Origin: Trichoplax sp. H2
Taxonomy: Eukaryota
Direction of reading: 5' to 3'
Assembly: GCA_003344405.1 (NCBI GenBank)
Contig: NOWV01000119.1
Span: 62,001-126,000 of the forward strand
DNA length: 64,000 bases
In this document: in pieces, positions 40,029-51,914 of the stretch
Numbering within the stretch: position 1 is the first letter of the stretch
Layout of the letters: the number at the start of each line of letters is the position of its first letter
Translations under genes and position numbers: made by a program
Notes under the pieces: generated by a model
What the model saw: only the letters and a program-made list of their open reading frames with translations
Database searches by the model: none
What the model was told of the DNA's origin: nothing

Positions 40029-40413
40029 TACTGTACACTGTACAGTACATTGTACAGTACAGTACGTACTGTAAACTACGTTTAACATACAGTACTGTAC
40101 TGTAGAGATACTACAGTATACAGTACTGTACAGTACAGTATCTCTACTGTATGTTAGATATCTCTGTAAAAATATTTCTTGCAATTACATATGGCGCAAG
40201 TACAGTACTGTACAGTACTTATAGAAACCGGCGTTTTTCAATACAATAAATAGAGAGTTAGTAGTTAGTTTTGCAATAACTTCAACTACGAGTTCAATTT
40301 CTTGTCTCCATGCTTAGATATACAGTATTGTCAGTGTATATCATTGAGTCTAGAACCAACTTTCAATACAGTTGTTCGTATTAACTCCGCTGTACAGTGT
40401 ACAGTGTACAGTA
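40029..40413. promoter_or_regulatory. Dense TAC(A/T)GTA array upstream of RRS1
   Basis: There are many TACAGTA/TACTGTA units at 40029-40220, with TACTGTACACTGT at 40029-40041 and its reverse complement at 40401-40413. Confidence 0.55.
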
Positions 40414-42687
40414 TTTTATTGGTTATGCAGCGTAGCGGAATCTTTTTTTACACACTGATTCATTGCACTGCGCATGCGAAAACAATATGGCAGCGTATCT
40501 ACTACTTTAGTAGAGCGTTCAAAGGTTTTCATGGAATAAGTTTTTAGCGTCAAGACTTTAGCAGTTCTAAAGACGACAATGATCTTCCATACTAACAGTT
40601 ACTCACATTAAAGTCATTTTTTTTTGTTAGTATATCCTTTCTGCTTTGATTCTATAGCCGTCATATACAAAACCCTCTTTTCTTTTATAGCATAAAAAGG
40701 AAAGGATATCATTCCAGGCAGCATTTCTCCACTGTCTATCATGATATACAATACTGTTAATGAAGGGCAATATTTTCGTTAGATTTGAATAATATTTCGG
40801 GCATTGTCTAACGATGTGTATCACAGCACAAAGTTACTAGCGACAATGGCTAAGAAATAAACTAAAAGGAAATCACTATCATGCATCGCGCTGATCTATC
40901 CATTTCAGTAACGTAGTGACTACCTACCACTAGGGACTTTTGATGTGGATTTCATGTCCCTGTCACAATACTTTTGTTTGCAATACGGGTAGGTTTTCAA
41001 CCAGTTCTCGCTACTTGAATTTAATCCATCTTGACTGCAATTTCGAGAGTAAGTTGTTAATTGCAAAATTTAATTTAACGAAGATGATAAGATCTTATAA
41101 TATCAGGTAAATTTATAGTCCATATGCTTTAGATAGTCCGTGCCGAGTAACTGCTGTTGTTCTTTTGTGCATCGAATGCAAAATGTGATGAATTGCACAA
41201 GAGTATCATAAATTCTATGGATTCTACCATGCAATAATAAATAGTACAATGATTCTTATTTATGTTATATAGTAGATTAATTAATAATGAAAATGCAACT
41301 GGGGCGGGATAGGACATTCTCCTGATAGTGTATAGCCAGCAACAAGATAATACATCGAATATTCCTGTAATAGTTCGGAATGGACAGAGCTTGGATCTCT
41401 ACGGCCAAGAATTAATTAACGATCGCTATAGACATCGGTTCCACTACACTACTGACCATTCTACCGCTTGGCCCGACTTGGCGGAGAATTTAATTGTCAA
41501 TACACTATAACTAAATACGCATATCTAGCCGCATTTTTGGTATAAAATTGAACTAGAATAACTTTATTATTAATATCCTCAATCGTCGTATTGGGATTAA
41601 TCAAATTGATCATCCTCTTATTCTCTTTTATAATATCGATTATCTTATAGTGAATTCTAGCCGGTATCACTCGTTCATGACATTTTGCTGTTTTGACTGC
41701 GAAAAGCATTTTATTATTGATTTCAAAATAATGAATAATGGAAACGGGCGTAAAACGCGAATTACGCATTAAAATATTGCTTTACTTTAATATGGCATTT
41801 GAGTCCTATACATGCGTAAAAACGCAAGTTTGCGGAAAACAAAAACAATAACAATAAATATGCTTAAGCAGCCGGATAAAGTACAACTCCTCTTACAATA
41901 CATATTGTAAAAGTCAGTAATATCAAATAAGGAGGAAAAAGTTTAAATGACGAAAGTGATGTACCCTTAATGATCATTTCTTTTCATTTTCACTATTTTT
42001 TTGCCTTAATTTCGTATTCATACCATCAATACAAGCTGTTAATATGAATAAATTGCGTCCAAGAACAATGAATAAATTAATTGAATTAAGTGTCAACATA
42101 CGACACAATATATTGAAACAACTTTTCAAAGGATAATAATCAATTAGTAGATTCCATTTGCACATGCCAAAGTGATAAAGAAATAAGTCTGATCACATTA
42201 TCCTGCTATACCGTATGTACAGCGTTGAAATCAAAGACATCTGCATAGGTAGCATAGAGCCAACCTGTCAAGAATGAATCTAAAAATACCGATTATGAGA
42301 TGATATATATATATATATAGTATTTTGATATACAAGATATCAAATTCTATCTATACCATTTACAAGGCCTTCTCATAAGCCTTTTAATTAAAATTACTAC
42401 TCTTAAAAAATAGACGCATATCACATTTAGAGTTAGATAGAGGAGCACAGTCAAATGTCGTTCGAAAACAATTGTCATTTTCACAGCGGAAACATGCATT
42501 CTTTAGCTTTTGGTCATCAATTGAACTAATAGAATACATAAACTCTTAGAAGAGTATAATATATGTATTATTATATATGTTACATTTATGCTTATATCCA
42601 TATAGATAATGTTAAAATAAAAGCAAGGCAACAAAAAATGAATATCATCATGCGAAAATTATATTTATTTTTATAAATATGTTTACT

Positions 42688-42710
42688 GTATATATATATA
42701 TATATATATA
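42688..42710. repeat. (TA)n microsatellite
   Basis: A run of TA dinucleotides. Shorter runs occur at about 42303-42319 and 61036-61050. Confidence 0.85.
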
Positions 42711-43113
42711 GGAAGAGAAATAGACAAAGACAAGAAAAAAAATTTCCTAGAAATACCATCCTTCATGTTTAATAATATAATAAACTTCACATGACCTATG
42801 TATAAATACTAAAATTCAGTTTATTTATGTAAATATATCACATAGAGACCAAGTGTTCTACGTCTATGAAGAAAGAGAGCGAGGCGGAAAATACCACTGA
42901 AATGCCCATCCTTTATGTCTCAATACGAAACTTTTCACGATATACGGGTATATTATAATACTAAATTTCAACTTATTGATATCAATACGCCATGGAGACG
43001 ACGTTCCGTGCGTCAATAAGGAGAAAGAGAGAGGAAGAGGAAAGACTTTGAAATATCTTCCTTCATTTCTCATTATTAAAGTCCTCTGATAATAAAATGA
43101 ATTAATAAGTAAA

Positions 43114-44202
43114 TTATTTTACACGCAGGTTGTTACAAATGTTATTATCAATGTGAATACTATACTGTATTGTAGTCTTTCGACGGATTTCACTCTTGAT
43201 ATCGGCTCCTCGGGCTTCGGCATAAAATTGCTTTACTTCGTTGCTATGCTTTCTTTTCATTAAGAGACAGCAATGGATCATAATATTCTTAAAACCTTTA
43301 CGAAATGATTGATTAAATATGCCGTAAATGATAGGGTTGTATGCAGAATTGCTTAAAGCCAAGCGAAGTGCAGCTATCGATACAACATTATAAAATGGCT
43401 CTTGAGCAAAAATGGAAACGATATCAATGAGGACTAACGGTGACCAACAAAACATAAATACACCAACGATAACAGATAATGTTGAAGCTGTCTTTAAATT
43501 AGATTTAAATTTTTGACGATTAATTTCACACAGTTGTGTTAGGGAAGCTATTAGAGCATAACTCTTCTTGGCTGAGCGATAAATCATAAAATAACAAGTG
43601 GTAAAGATAGCTAATGCTGCTGTCATGCTCAACATGACTAAACTTACATAGCCAAGGTTAGGGCGATGTTGATCGACAGCAATCCAGCAATAAGCCTTTG
43701 AATCAAGGTATTGATATTTTCCTAGTGAAATAGACTGTAAACCAAGCAAGGGCATCGTTGCCATCAAGCATGGAAATAACCATAACAAAGATATTAAAGC
43801 AATATATTGTCGAAATGGGTAGTGTTGCTGATAGCGCAATGGCTTGATAATAGATTTACAACGATCAATACTAATAACAGCTAATGTGAATAAAGATACG
43901 CCAGTCGCGAAAGTCATCATAAAACCACTGAACTGGCAATTAATTGAACCGAGTGGCCAACGGCTACTAATCAAGCTGACCATTGTAGCGGGCATGTTGA
44001 AGATAGTAATTAAGAGATCAGCAACAGCAAGATTGGCCATTAAGATACCTGCAGTATTATGCAATGACGATTGATGATAGATAACCATCAAAGCCATGAT
44101 ATTACCAATAACCCCTATAACGGTTGCTATTGACATATAGATTATGAATATAACAGCTACTGGCGTAGAAATATTATAATCTGTAGTTGAATTAACATCC
44201 AT
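43114..44202 (-). CDS. Rhodopsin-family (class A) orphan GPCR, intronless CDS
   Basis: The ORF has seven hydrophobic segments with GN (TM1), LAVAD (TM2), Cys3.25, DRC (TM3), CWSP (TM6), NPIIY (TM7) and FRKGF (helix 8), plus N-terminal N-glycosylation sites NST and NIS. The first ATG is at 44202, just after a splice acceptor near 44221. Confidence 0.93.
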   Translation of the reverse strand: MDVNSTTDYNISTPVAVIFIIYMSIATVIGVIGNIMALMVIYHQSSLHNTAGILMANLAVADLLITIFNMPATMVSLISSRWPLGSINCQFSGFMMTFATGVSLFTLAVISIDRCKSIIKPLRYQQHYPFRQYIALISLLWLFPCLMATMPLLGLQSISLGKYQYLDSKAYCWIAVDQHRPNLGYVSLVMLSMTAALAIFTTCYFMIYRSAKKSYALIASLTQLCEINRQKFKSNLKTASTLSVIVGVFMFCWSPLVLIDIVSIFAQEPFYNVVSIAALRLALSNSAYNPIIYGIFNQSFRKGFKNIMIHCCLLMKRKHSNEVKQFYAEARGADIKSEIRRKTTIQYSIHIDNNICNNLRVK

Positions 44203-47200
44203 AATCAACGAAATGATATTCTAACAGAAAATGGTCAATGCAAAGACTTAATTTCAAGTTCCGCTATCTTGTGTTGATCATCTTCAGATCAAAATACCTA
44301 TGCCTTGAATTATGCTACCGATCTATTGTTCTACACTATCATCTCATGATAACCAATTCTGGCTATAATAATAAAGTCCAATTCACGCTACTAAGTAAAA
44401 ATGATCTTGATTTGCCTTTAATAACAACTTCACACGACCTTGTTAAAGATCTCGTCTTGCGAACATGACGTATCTTCACCTTGATTTCTTATGGAAGTAA
44501 TCAACAATGTCATATGCCAGAGTTTAAAATGAACTCCATCAATCATGATCATACGCGCTTAAAATTGAACCTTTCTAAAATAGAAGAATTCGATGTTGAC
44601 GTTATTATATGAAGTAGAAAAAATCAAATATAAAGATGAAGTTTGAATTTTGAAGTAGTCCAGCTTTAAATTGAATACATTTGATATCTTTATTCTTTGC
44701 TAATTTTAAAAACCATTCATTGATTATGAGTTCTTGATATCTAGCCCTAGCTGTTAAAAATGATCAGGTAGAAAAAAATTCAGATGTTATTCAATTGTAT
44801 GTATATATTTTTCTCTAAGAAATTCATCTACGAATATTATAATGGATGATTGACTAAATTTACACTTTTTGCTAGAAATGATGATTGCGACTCCCACTCA
44901 ACTAAAAATGATTAGCTACGTATCGGATGACAGAACTTATAGTAAACAGATTATCAAGTATAGTGATGTCTTCTAAATAATTCTTTGATCTATCATTTCA
45001 TCTATAAATGAAATAACAATGACTTAAAATAATTGCTAAATTAATAGACTTGGATATAATGAGAAAATCTTGCGCAATGTTCTTTATATATCAATAACGA
45101 ATTTCCGAGACGATATTTCTTATACTAAACGATAACTCTTTTTCTCTTCTATTCATATCCATCTATTATTATTATACGTATAATGCTGTAACCTCTCACT
45201 TGAATCAAGACTTAGTCATCAAATCGATGGACATCTTTTTATATTTGATAATTACTATTTTAATAATTAAGTTTTTTGAGTATGTCGTATTCTATGATGA
45301 AATCAGAATGATCTAGGTTAAAATACCTTATTCGGTAAAATACTAAAAATCCACAATATTAATACGAGAAGGTACCATGATTATTTTACTCTCAAAATTA
45401 TACGATCAATGGTTATATTATTCTATTTTATCGTAAAAGTAAAGCAAATGATAATGAAATTGTCTATTTGTTAACTTCATTTGACGTAATATAGAATTAA
45501 ACCCGATCAACATCATTTTACGGTTGAATTCATTAATGCAAAATGATTTCATTATTGAATACAGTATTTCATGCGTTCACGTAGCGAAAAATTGTCAATC
45601 CTTACTACACTAATAAATGTAGTAAAATTAGTGCACTATATAAATGCTATTAGCAGATATAAAATTCAACCTATAATTCAACCACTGATTATCAATAATG
45701 CTAAAATAAAAACCACGAAATACCGCTACGCAGTGTGATCAACTATAGCGTAGAATCTAGCCGAACATCGGCCGAAATAGATTTATGAATGATATTGCTC
45801 CAATCTCTTTTCTATTGTAAATAAGCTGAAACATCACTTACCTTAAAGAGAAAGAGTATTATGAAGGTTTTGATTCATTTCCAATGCTAAATATAATAGC
45901 AAAAAATAAGGTACAATTGCTTAATTCATGTAGTGGTGCTTTATGGTAAGAAATAAGTAAGCTGAAGGATATTCAACTTGGTTGGCTAGCTGTTCTAAAT
46001 ACCTGAGAGTTTACCTTCTCTTTCTTGATAGTTAACAACACTGTCAGCAAAGTGATAGTTGCCTGTCATTGGTGGGATGATAAAGTAGAAATAGCAAAAA
46101 TTACTTCATTAATTCATATCTTTGACCTAGCGTAGAATACGTAGGTTGTAAAACACAGCAAACTATAGGATGAAATAAGCTTATTAATAATTTATTTTAC
46201 TGACTTGTTATTAAACTAAACTCTCCAAATGGCAGATCTTTGACCTGTATTCTTCATTACAATGGCAAGTTACTTCCTACTATTATTCCTGTTAATAAGC
46301 TATTTGAATATCATATTGTTTGTTATACCACTATACGCTTAAATACAAATACTTTATACCATAGTATTGACAGAGCGATGTCTGATTGTTGATAATGATG
46401 ATGAAATTTAATGACGATTTTGAATTAAAGGACACATAAAAATTTGATTTAATTTATCCAATATAGGTACTTCCTTAGCTCTCTTCCACTTCTTCGATCA
46501 TTATCTTAATCTATTAATCATTTATTTATCAATAGGTTGTTGCTATCACGACCATTACGGAATTTCGTTTTGATGGCATTGTTGGTGAAGCGATATTCCA
46601 ATTTTATTGACTCAGCTTGAATGTTGTATATGATTACTTGCATGTGATTCAATAACAATCTGCTTATCGCACTATCATAAGATGATTAAAAGCAATAGGC
46701 TAATACTTAATATAATATAAAATGTAACACATTTCCATCTCTGATCCAGGTATTGTTATCATATCAAATTCTATACTGCAATAAGACAATAACTTTATTC
46801 TCTTATTACTTTTATCCAATTCACCATTAATTATTAACCCTAATATATTATAGTATTTGGCTACCTTTTGTCGTCAATGTAGCAGCAACATATAATGATG
46901 ATGCTAATTTAGATGACTAACGACTTTGTTTTTTTTTCCTAGGAGTAAAATCATTCAATATTTTATGATCATTAATTCCCTCACAAAAATAGGCGAAGGC
47001 TCAGGAGGGCAACAAATAAATTTTTTTATTATTAGTAATAACGAAGCCTTATTATATGCTGCAATAAGCAGGAAATGTGTTATAGATCATCAATTTAAAA
47101 GACTACAATTAATTATTATTATAGCGCTTTATTATAGTATAGAGATAGTCTCTCAACGGTGATGAAGGATATCAGCTGTCGTTATAATATTGAAATTCCG

Positions 47201-48330
47201 CTGTTCAAAATGAATAGATCTCTGATATTGCGCACCAAATACGAACTGTTAATTACTTAATCCTGTGACGAACTAAATCTAAGCGTTGATCAAAAATTAA
47301 AATGTCGAGCTAATTGATAATTGAATCAGATACGAAATAATTTTTTTATTATAACATGTCTAATTAATAGGAATTTGTAATATTATAGAGAGTAGTTACT
47401 TAGAAGAATAGATAATGAGTAGTGAACATAGAGGAAAATTAGCTTCCTCCTTCTTTTATGAGAGATGGCCTGAAAGGTGTATTATATTAATGAATAAAAC
47501 TTTGATGATATAAGGCCTTATTTCGATTTGATTTGTAATTAAATGTAGCTATTTATTCTTCTTACTTAATCTTCTATCGAAAGTAAATTTATTGATCGTG
47601 AGAGAAAGTAAATAGAGCTTTTATCCTTATTATTTATCCATATTTGTATTATCTATCCAGTTTTATCAAATTTGATTCATTTGGATTTTTGAAGATGATG
47701 TAAAGGGCAAAAACTATCATCGTTGATATACCGCAGCGTGCCATTGCTATTATCAATCCTAAGAATTAACTATCTTCTATGCTGTGAATATATTTATGGG
47801 CCGATTTAGGCTTCCATTTAATCAGTTTAAAGTAGCCGAATCGATTAATAGTACTGTGCTAATTTAATCTTTTTACCTACTGTAATCAGCCAACTGCTAC
47901 AGCTTGTCACATAGTGCAATTGTTGCTTTTATAATTCTATTTGAGAAATATATTATCCAATTGACAGATCAATGCAATTTTTGATTACGCTATAGTGAGT
48001 AAGTCTGTTTTAGCCACGATTAATTATAAATCATACATTTGATTTAATATCTTATGTTTAAGCTAATTTCTAGTCTGAGTGTTTAAAACCTGTCGAATGC
48101 CTTAATATTTTATCTTATTTCTACGCTCATATATATTATTCAAATACAACATAAATGACACTGTTATCAATCTTTATAAGTGGGATTACTAGTTTAAATT
48201 ATAGGTTTTTATTTTGTAACGTCCTGAAAATAAAAATAGATGGACATGATTTACCATATCCAATATAATATGAACAGGTTTAAATGTACTGCACTAAGGA
48301 TATATTACTCTTTTCGGTATAAAAGTTCAG

Positions 48331-48895
48331 TGTCACAGTACGAGCCACCGTGAAGAGTAAATGACTAAATTTAGTGCTTAACATTTATATATAGAGATAA
48401 CTTATAATGACTTACAGTAAGAACTATAGTAGTTATTATTTTGTTACTGTAAATTATACTGTATTGTAGTAAGAGTTCTCATAAGGTAACTAATATTAAT
48501 TGATAGTGTTATGTCTTGTAACACTTGTGATGAATATCCTGAAGATATTCAATTATACATGATAATATAAATAATTCTGTGTGTGGACATACTGTAGTCT
48601 AATTATCTAGAATCGTTTAGTAAAAGTCCAAAATTATGAATAATGTCTGTATTGATTTAGGCATCCAATATGAGCTAAATTTCGTGAACTGTTATGACTC
48701 ATACATGATAGCTGCTGCCGAAGGGTATTTAAGCTCAATAGATAGTTGAATAAAAGAAGAGTTTTATAGTTGTTTTAACGTAGAAGCAAAGGCGTCTAAA
48801 TCTTGTGAGGTAGTTAAGGAATACTGAATCCCGGAGATTATAGTAATTTAGAGATTTATTTTGCGTTATCTTTGTCACGAAGTTGGTTTGTGACA
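48331..48895 (+). mobile_element. Solo-LTR-like element, copy 3 (565 bp, diverged and longer variant)
   Basis: It has TGTCAC...GTGACA ends. The 3' ~170 bp closely match copies 1 and 2 (GAAGCAAAGGCGTCTAAA, TGTGAGGTAGTTAAGG, TACTGAATCCC) and AATAAA lies at 48749-48754. The 5' part is expanded and diverged, and there is no clean TSD. Confidence 0.8.
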
Positions 48896-51800
48896 AAGTT
48901 TCTCTGAATTATCTTAGTAATCATACCGACTAATTTGACTGTAAATCTGTCTTTATGATGACAGTTTTTCTTTATTTTTTATTCTCCTAATAGGTTAATA
49001 CGATATTCTTACATTTAATAATAAATCTGGCAGATGAATAGGTTTCCTCGAATACTTCTTGCTATATCGTAAATCTTTTCATCTGCAGGATATGGAGGAT
49101 GATAACTATGTCTTAAGTGATTTACAGTACTAGATAAAGCAGACTAAATTTTAAAAGCAGCCAATAGTACTATTGTTAAAGATGAAGGAAATGGTCAATA
49201 CGTCTAGCAGTCTAGCAATTAATACCAAGTGGATAATACTGTAGTTATTTATTAGGTGGTGCTAAGATAGTGACAATGTCGTGTTGGTATAACCATATGA
49301 TAATAGCTTTTCGGAATATCGTTAACTATCTTACACCAGTTAGCATGAACCTTATTAACGATAATATGATTTAATCTATTAGAAATAGTAGGATGCATTA
49401 CGTATACTGCTCAAGGTTATGAGGATTATAGCGGTTTAATATCAGTTAGTTTACTGTAGTAGCCTTATCACCGCTTGATTACTTATACTATGATAATAGT
49501 TTTTATTAAGAGACGCTAGTCAGCTTAAGTTTGCATTCATTTGTGAAAAATCACTTTCTAATCTTGGTATGAGAGTATGATGAGTGAATTTGAATGCTCC
49601 TTTACTATTAAAACAATATGCAGTACTGATAGATCATTTACTAGGTTAGGATTGTTTTAAATTGTTTAAGGGTATTTCTTAAGTTCCGTATGAGGCCATG
49701 TACGTGAAAAACATTAGATTCACTTTACATGGAAAAATTTCATAGCGCTCATGATGAAGGTATTATGTAATACAGTAATTCATGAATAAAATTAATTTTA
49801 GCTTACATTTGATCTGATACCTAATGCATCTATGCTTTTAGCAGCAAGTGTTAAGAAAATTGTTAAAGGGGTTATACGAGTATGATACGATTGATAAGAT
49901 CTAAGATCAAAGATCTCGGTAGATTTGATATGATTTAATAGTTTATGACTCAGTAATTCATTTATATTTGATATCAACAACTGCGGCTATATTCTTGCTA
50001 CTTGTGGCTATCATTCTTTGTCCAATATTTAAAACATGGAGTGGTCATTTTTCATACTTAAATACAAGTTCACACACGTATACATAATACATAATTCCAA
50101 ATACTAACAAATTCTAATGAAGAGGTTATAAAAATCAATAGCCAATTTCACAATAATTAATCTAACGACAATAAGTACAAAGAGTATAAAATTAATGATC
50201 TAAAAGTAATCGATAATTTTTTGACGAATTCTTAGCTCCATAAACTTACATTGAATGCTTTCACTTTGCAGATGAAATATTACATAAATATAAAATTTCG
50301 TACTGTCTCTCTAAATTAAACTCTAGAACTGACGAATTGACTTATAAACTAATACTCCATACCAAATTTCCAGGGCGTAAGCAACCAATGAATCTTGTAA
50401 ATTTTTATTCTAGTTACTAGACTTTTAATATACTTTCCTGTCAGTTTTAAAGATATTCAGCGATCTCGCATAATTCTTCTCCTTCATTTATAGGTCGCTA
50501 ACTCAAATATACTCATATTGCAAATAGATTACCAATGGCATCATAGATGGGCCTGCACTCGGGTATATTTGCTGATAGTGGCTATGAAAAAACCTTAACA
50601 AAAAGTCCTGATCGTAGTTTCATGGCTAAGAGTATTGCTACTGATTGCTAGTGTTAGAAAACATGCTATATGAACAGCTTTATCTTGGTTGCAGTTCTTT
50701 AAAATTGTATTTCTTTCACTTTATATGGCTATGTAACAGCTATAAATATACATTAATTTAGCAACACTACACTAGGACATCATTGAAGAATCTGCATATC
50801 TTGCCTTAAAATATTTTTCAGTTTTGATAACTTGATTATATTTGATCATTATAAATCAATATTTAGAAAAATATAAATTCTCTCATGATCATGGCTGTGT
50901 CATTAATAACTATCTACTTATGTATGCTGTTATTTCGATAAAGAATTTAAAATTTTATTTCTATAATAATATCCCTTACATCTACCCAGTAATTTTCTGA
51001 TACGTACTGTAATAGATATTTTAATTACGTAGTAGCTTTACGGAACAATTTTTCGTGTTATGACGCATTAAATTAGACCATCATTTTAGTGCTTAAGTAG
51101 AGAAACTTACATAATTTATTTATTTTGATGGATATACTTTAATATAAGATAATCATTTTCTGCAAACGAAACAACGGAACGAAATAAGAACAATGACAAA
51201 GACAAGAATTTAACTTCGCTTATTTTAATGGCAATGTAATTAATATTAACATTAACTAGACGGCTATCTTAATGCTACTAAAGTCTATAGGTTGATATAG
51301 TCAGTTAGCAAATGATACAAAACAAAGAAATAAACTATTGATTATGATAAAATGTTCCATGATGATTGTATTTTAGCCTGAATAAGGAAGAAATGTGACT
51401 AAAGAGATTATTTGTCTTCTAATTCTGGATAATTTTTATCACTGTTGCGCATAATTGTTTCAGATATGAATATGGTCGTATGACAGGTAATATCAAAGAA
51501 TGTAGTACAAATAAAATAGTTTCAATTTTAAATAAAGCGGTCTAAAAACTTGTTAACTTTGTCAATATGATATCAATTTCTAGAGTTTAATTTACAAAGT
51601 GTCAAATCATACATTACCACTATAAGTTGTCTATCTACAGTAGGATAGCATCAATCAGTAGCAGGAAATATTTAAAATGCATTAATTAATGTTACCATCT
51701 AAGCTAAGATACAATTGGTATTTTAATACTATCCCATTCTATCTAGAATTATTATCCAATCTGATATTCTAGTGAATGAGTAATCACGCAGAAACAGTCT

Positions 51801-51914
51801 AATCGAATGATTTCATTCTTCTTTCCTTTCTACCCTCCACAACTCTGTAATAGCTGCAAACTTGAAGAACAATTTATATATTTCATACGCTGGAAATGTC
51901 TATATATTTTACAA

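Noticed and set aside
43844-44074. 76-aa ORF on +
   Set aside because: It is the antisense shadow of the class A GPCR CDS.
7220-48895. Copies 1 and 3 as paired LTRs of a full retroelement
   Set aside because: They are 41 kb apart, differ in length, enclose host genes rather than gag-pol, and copy 1 has its own TSD.
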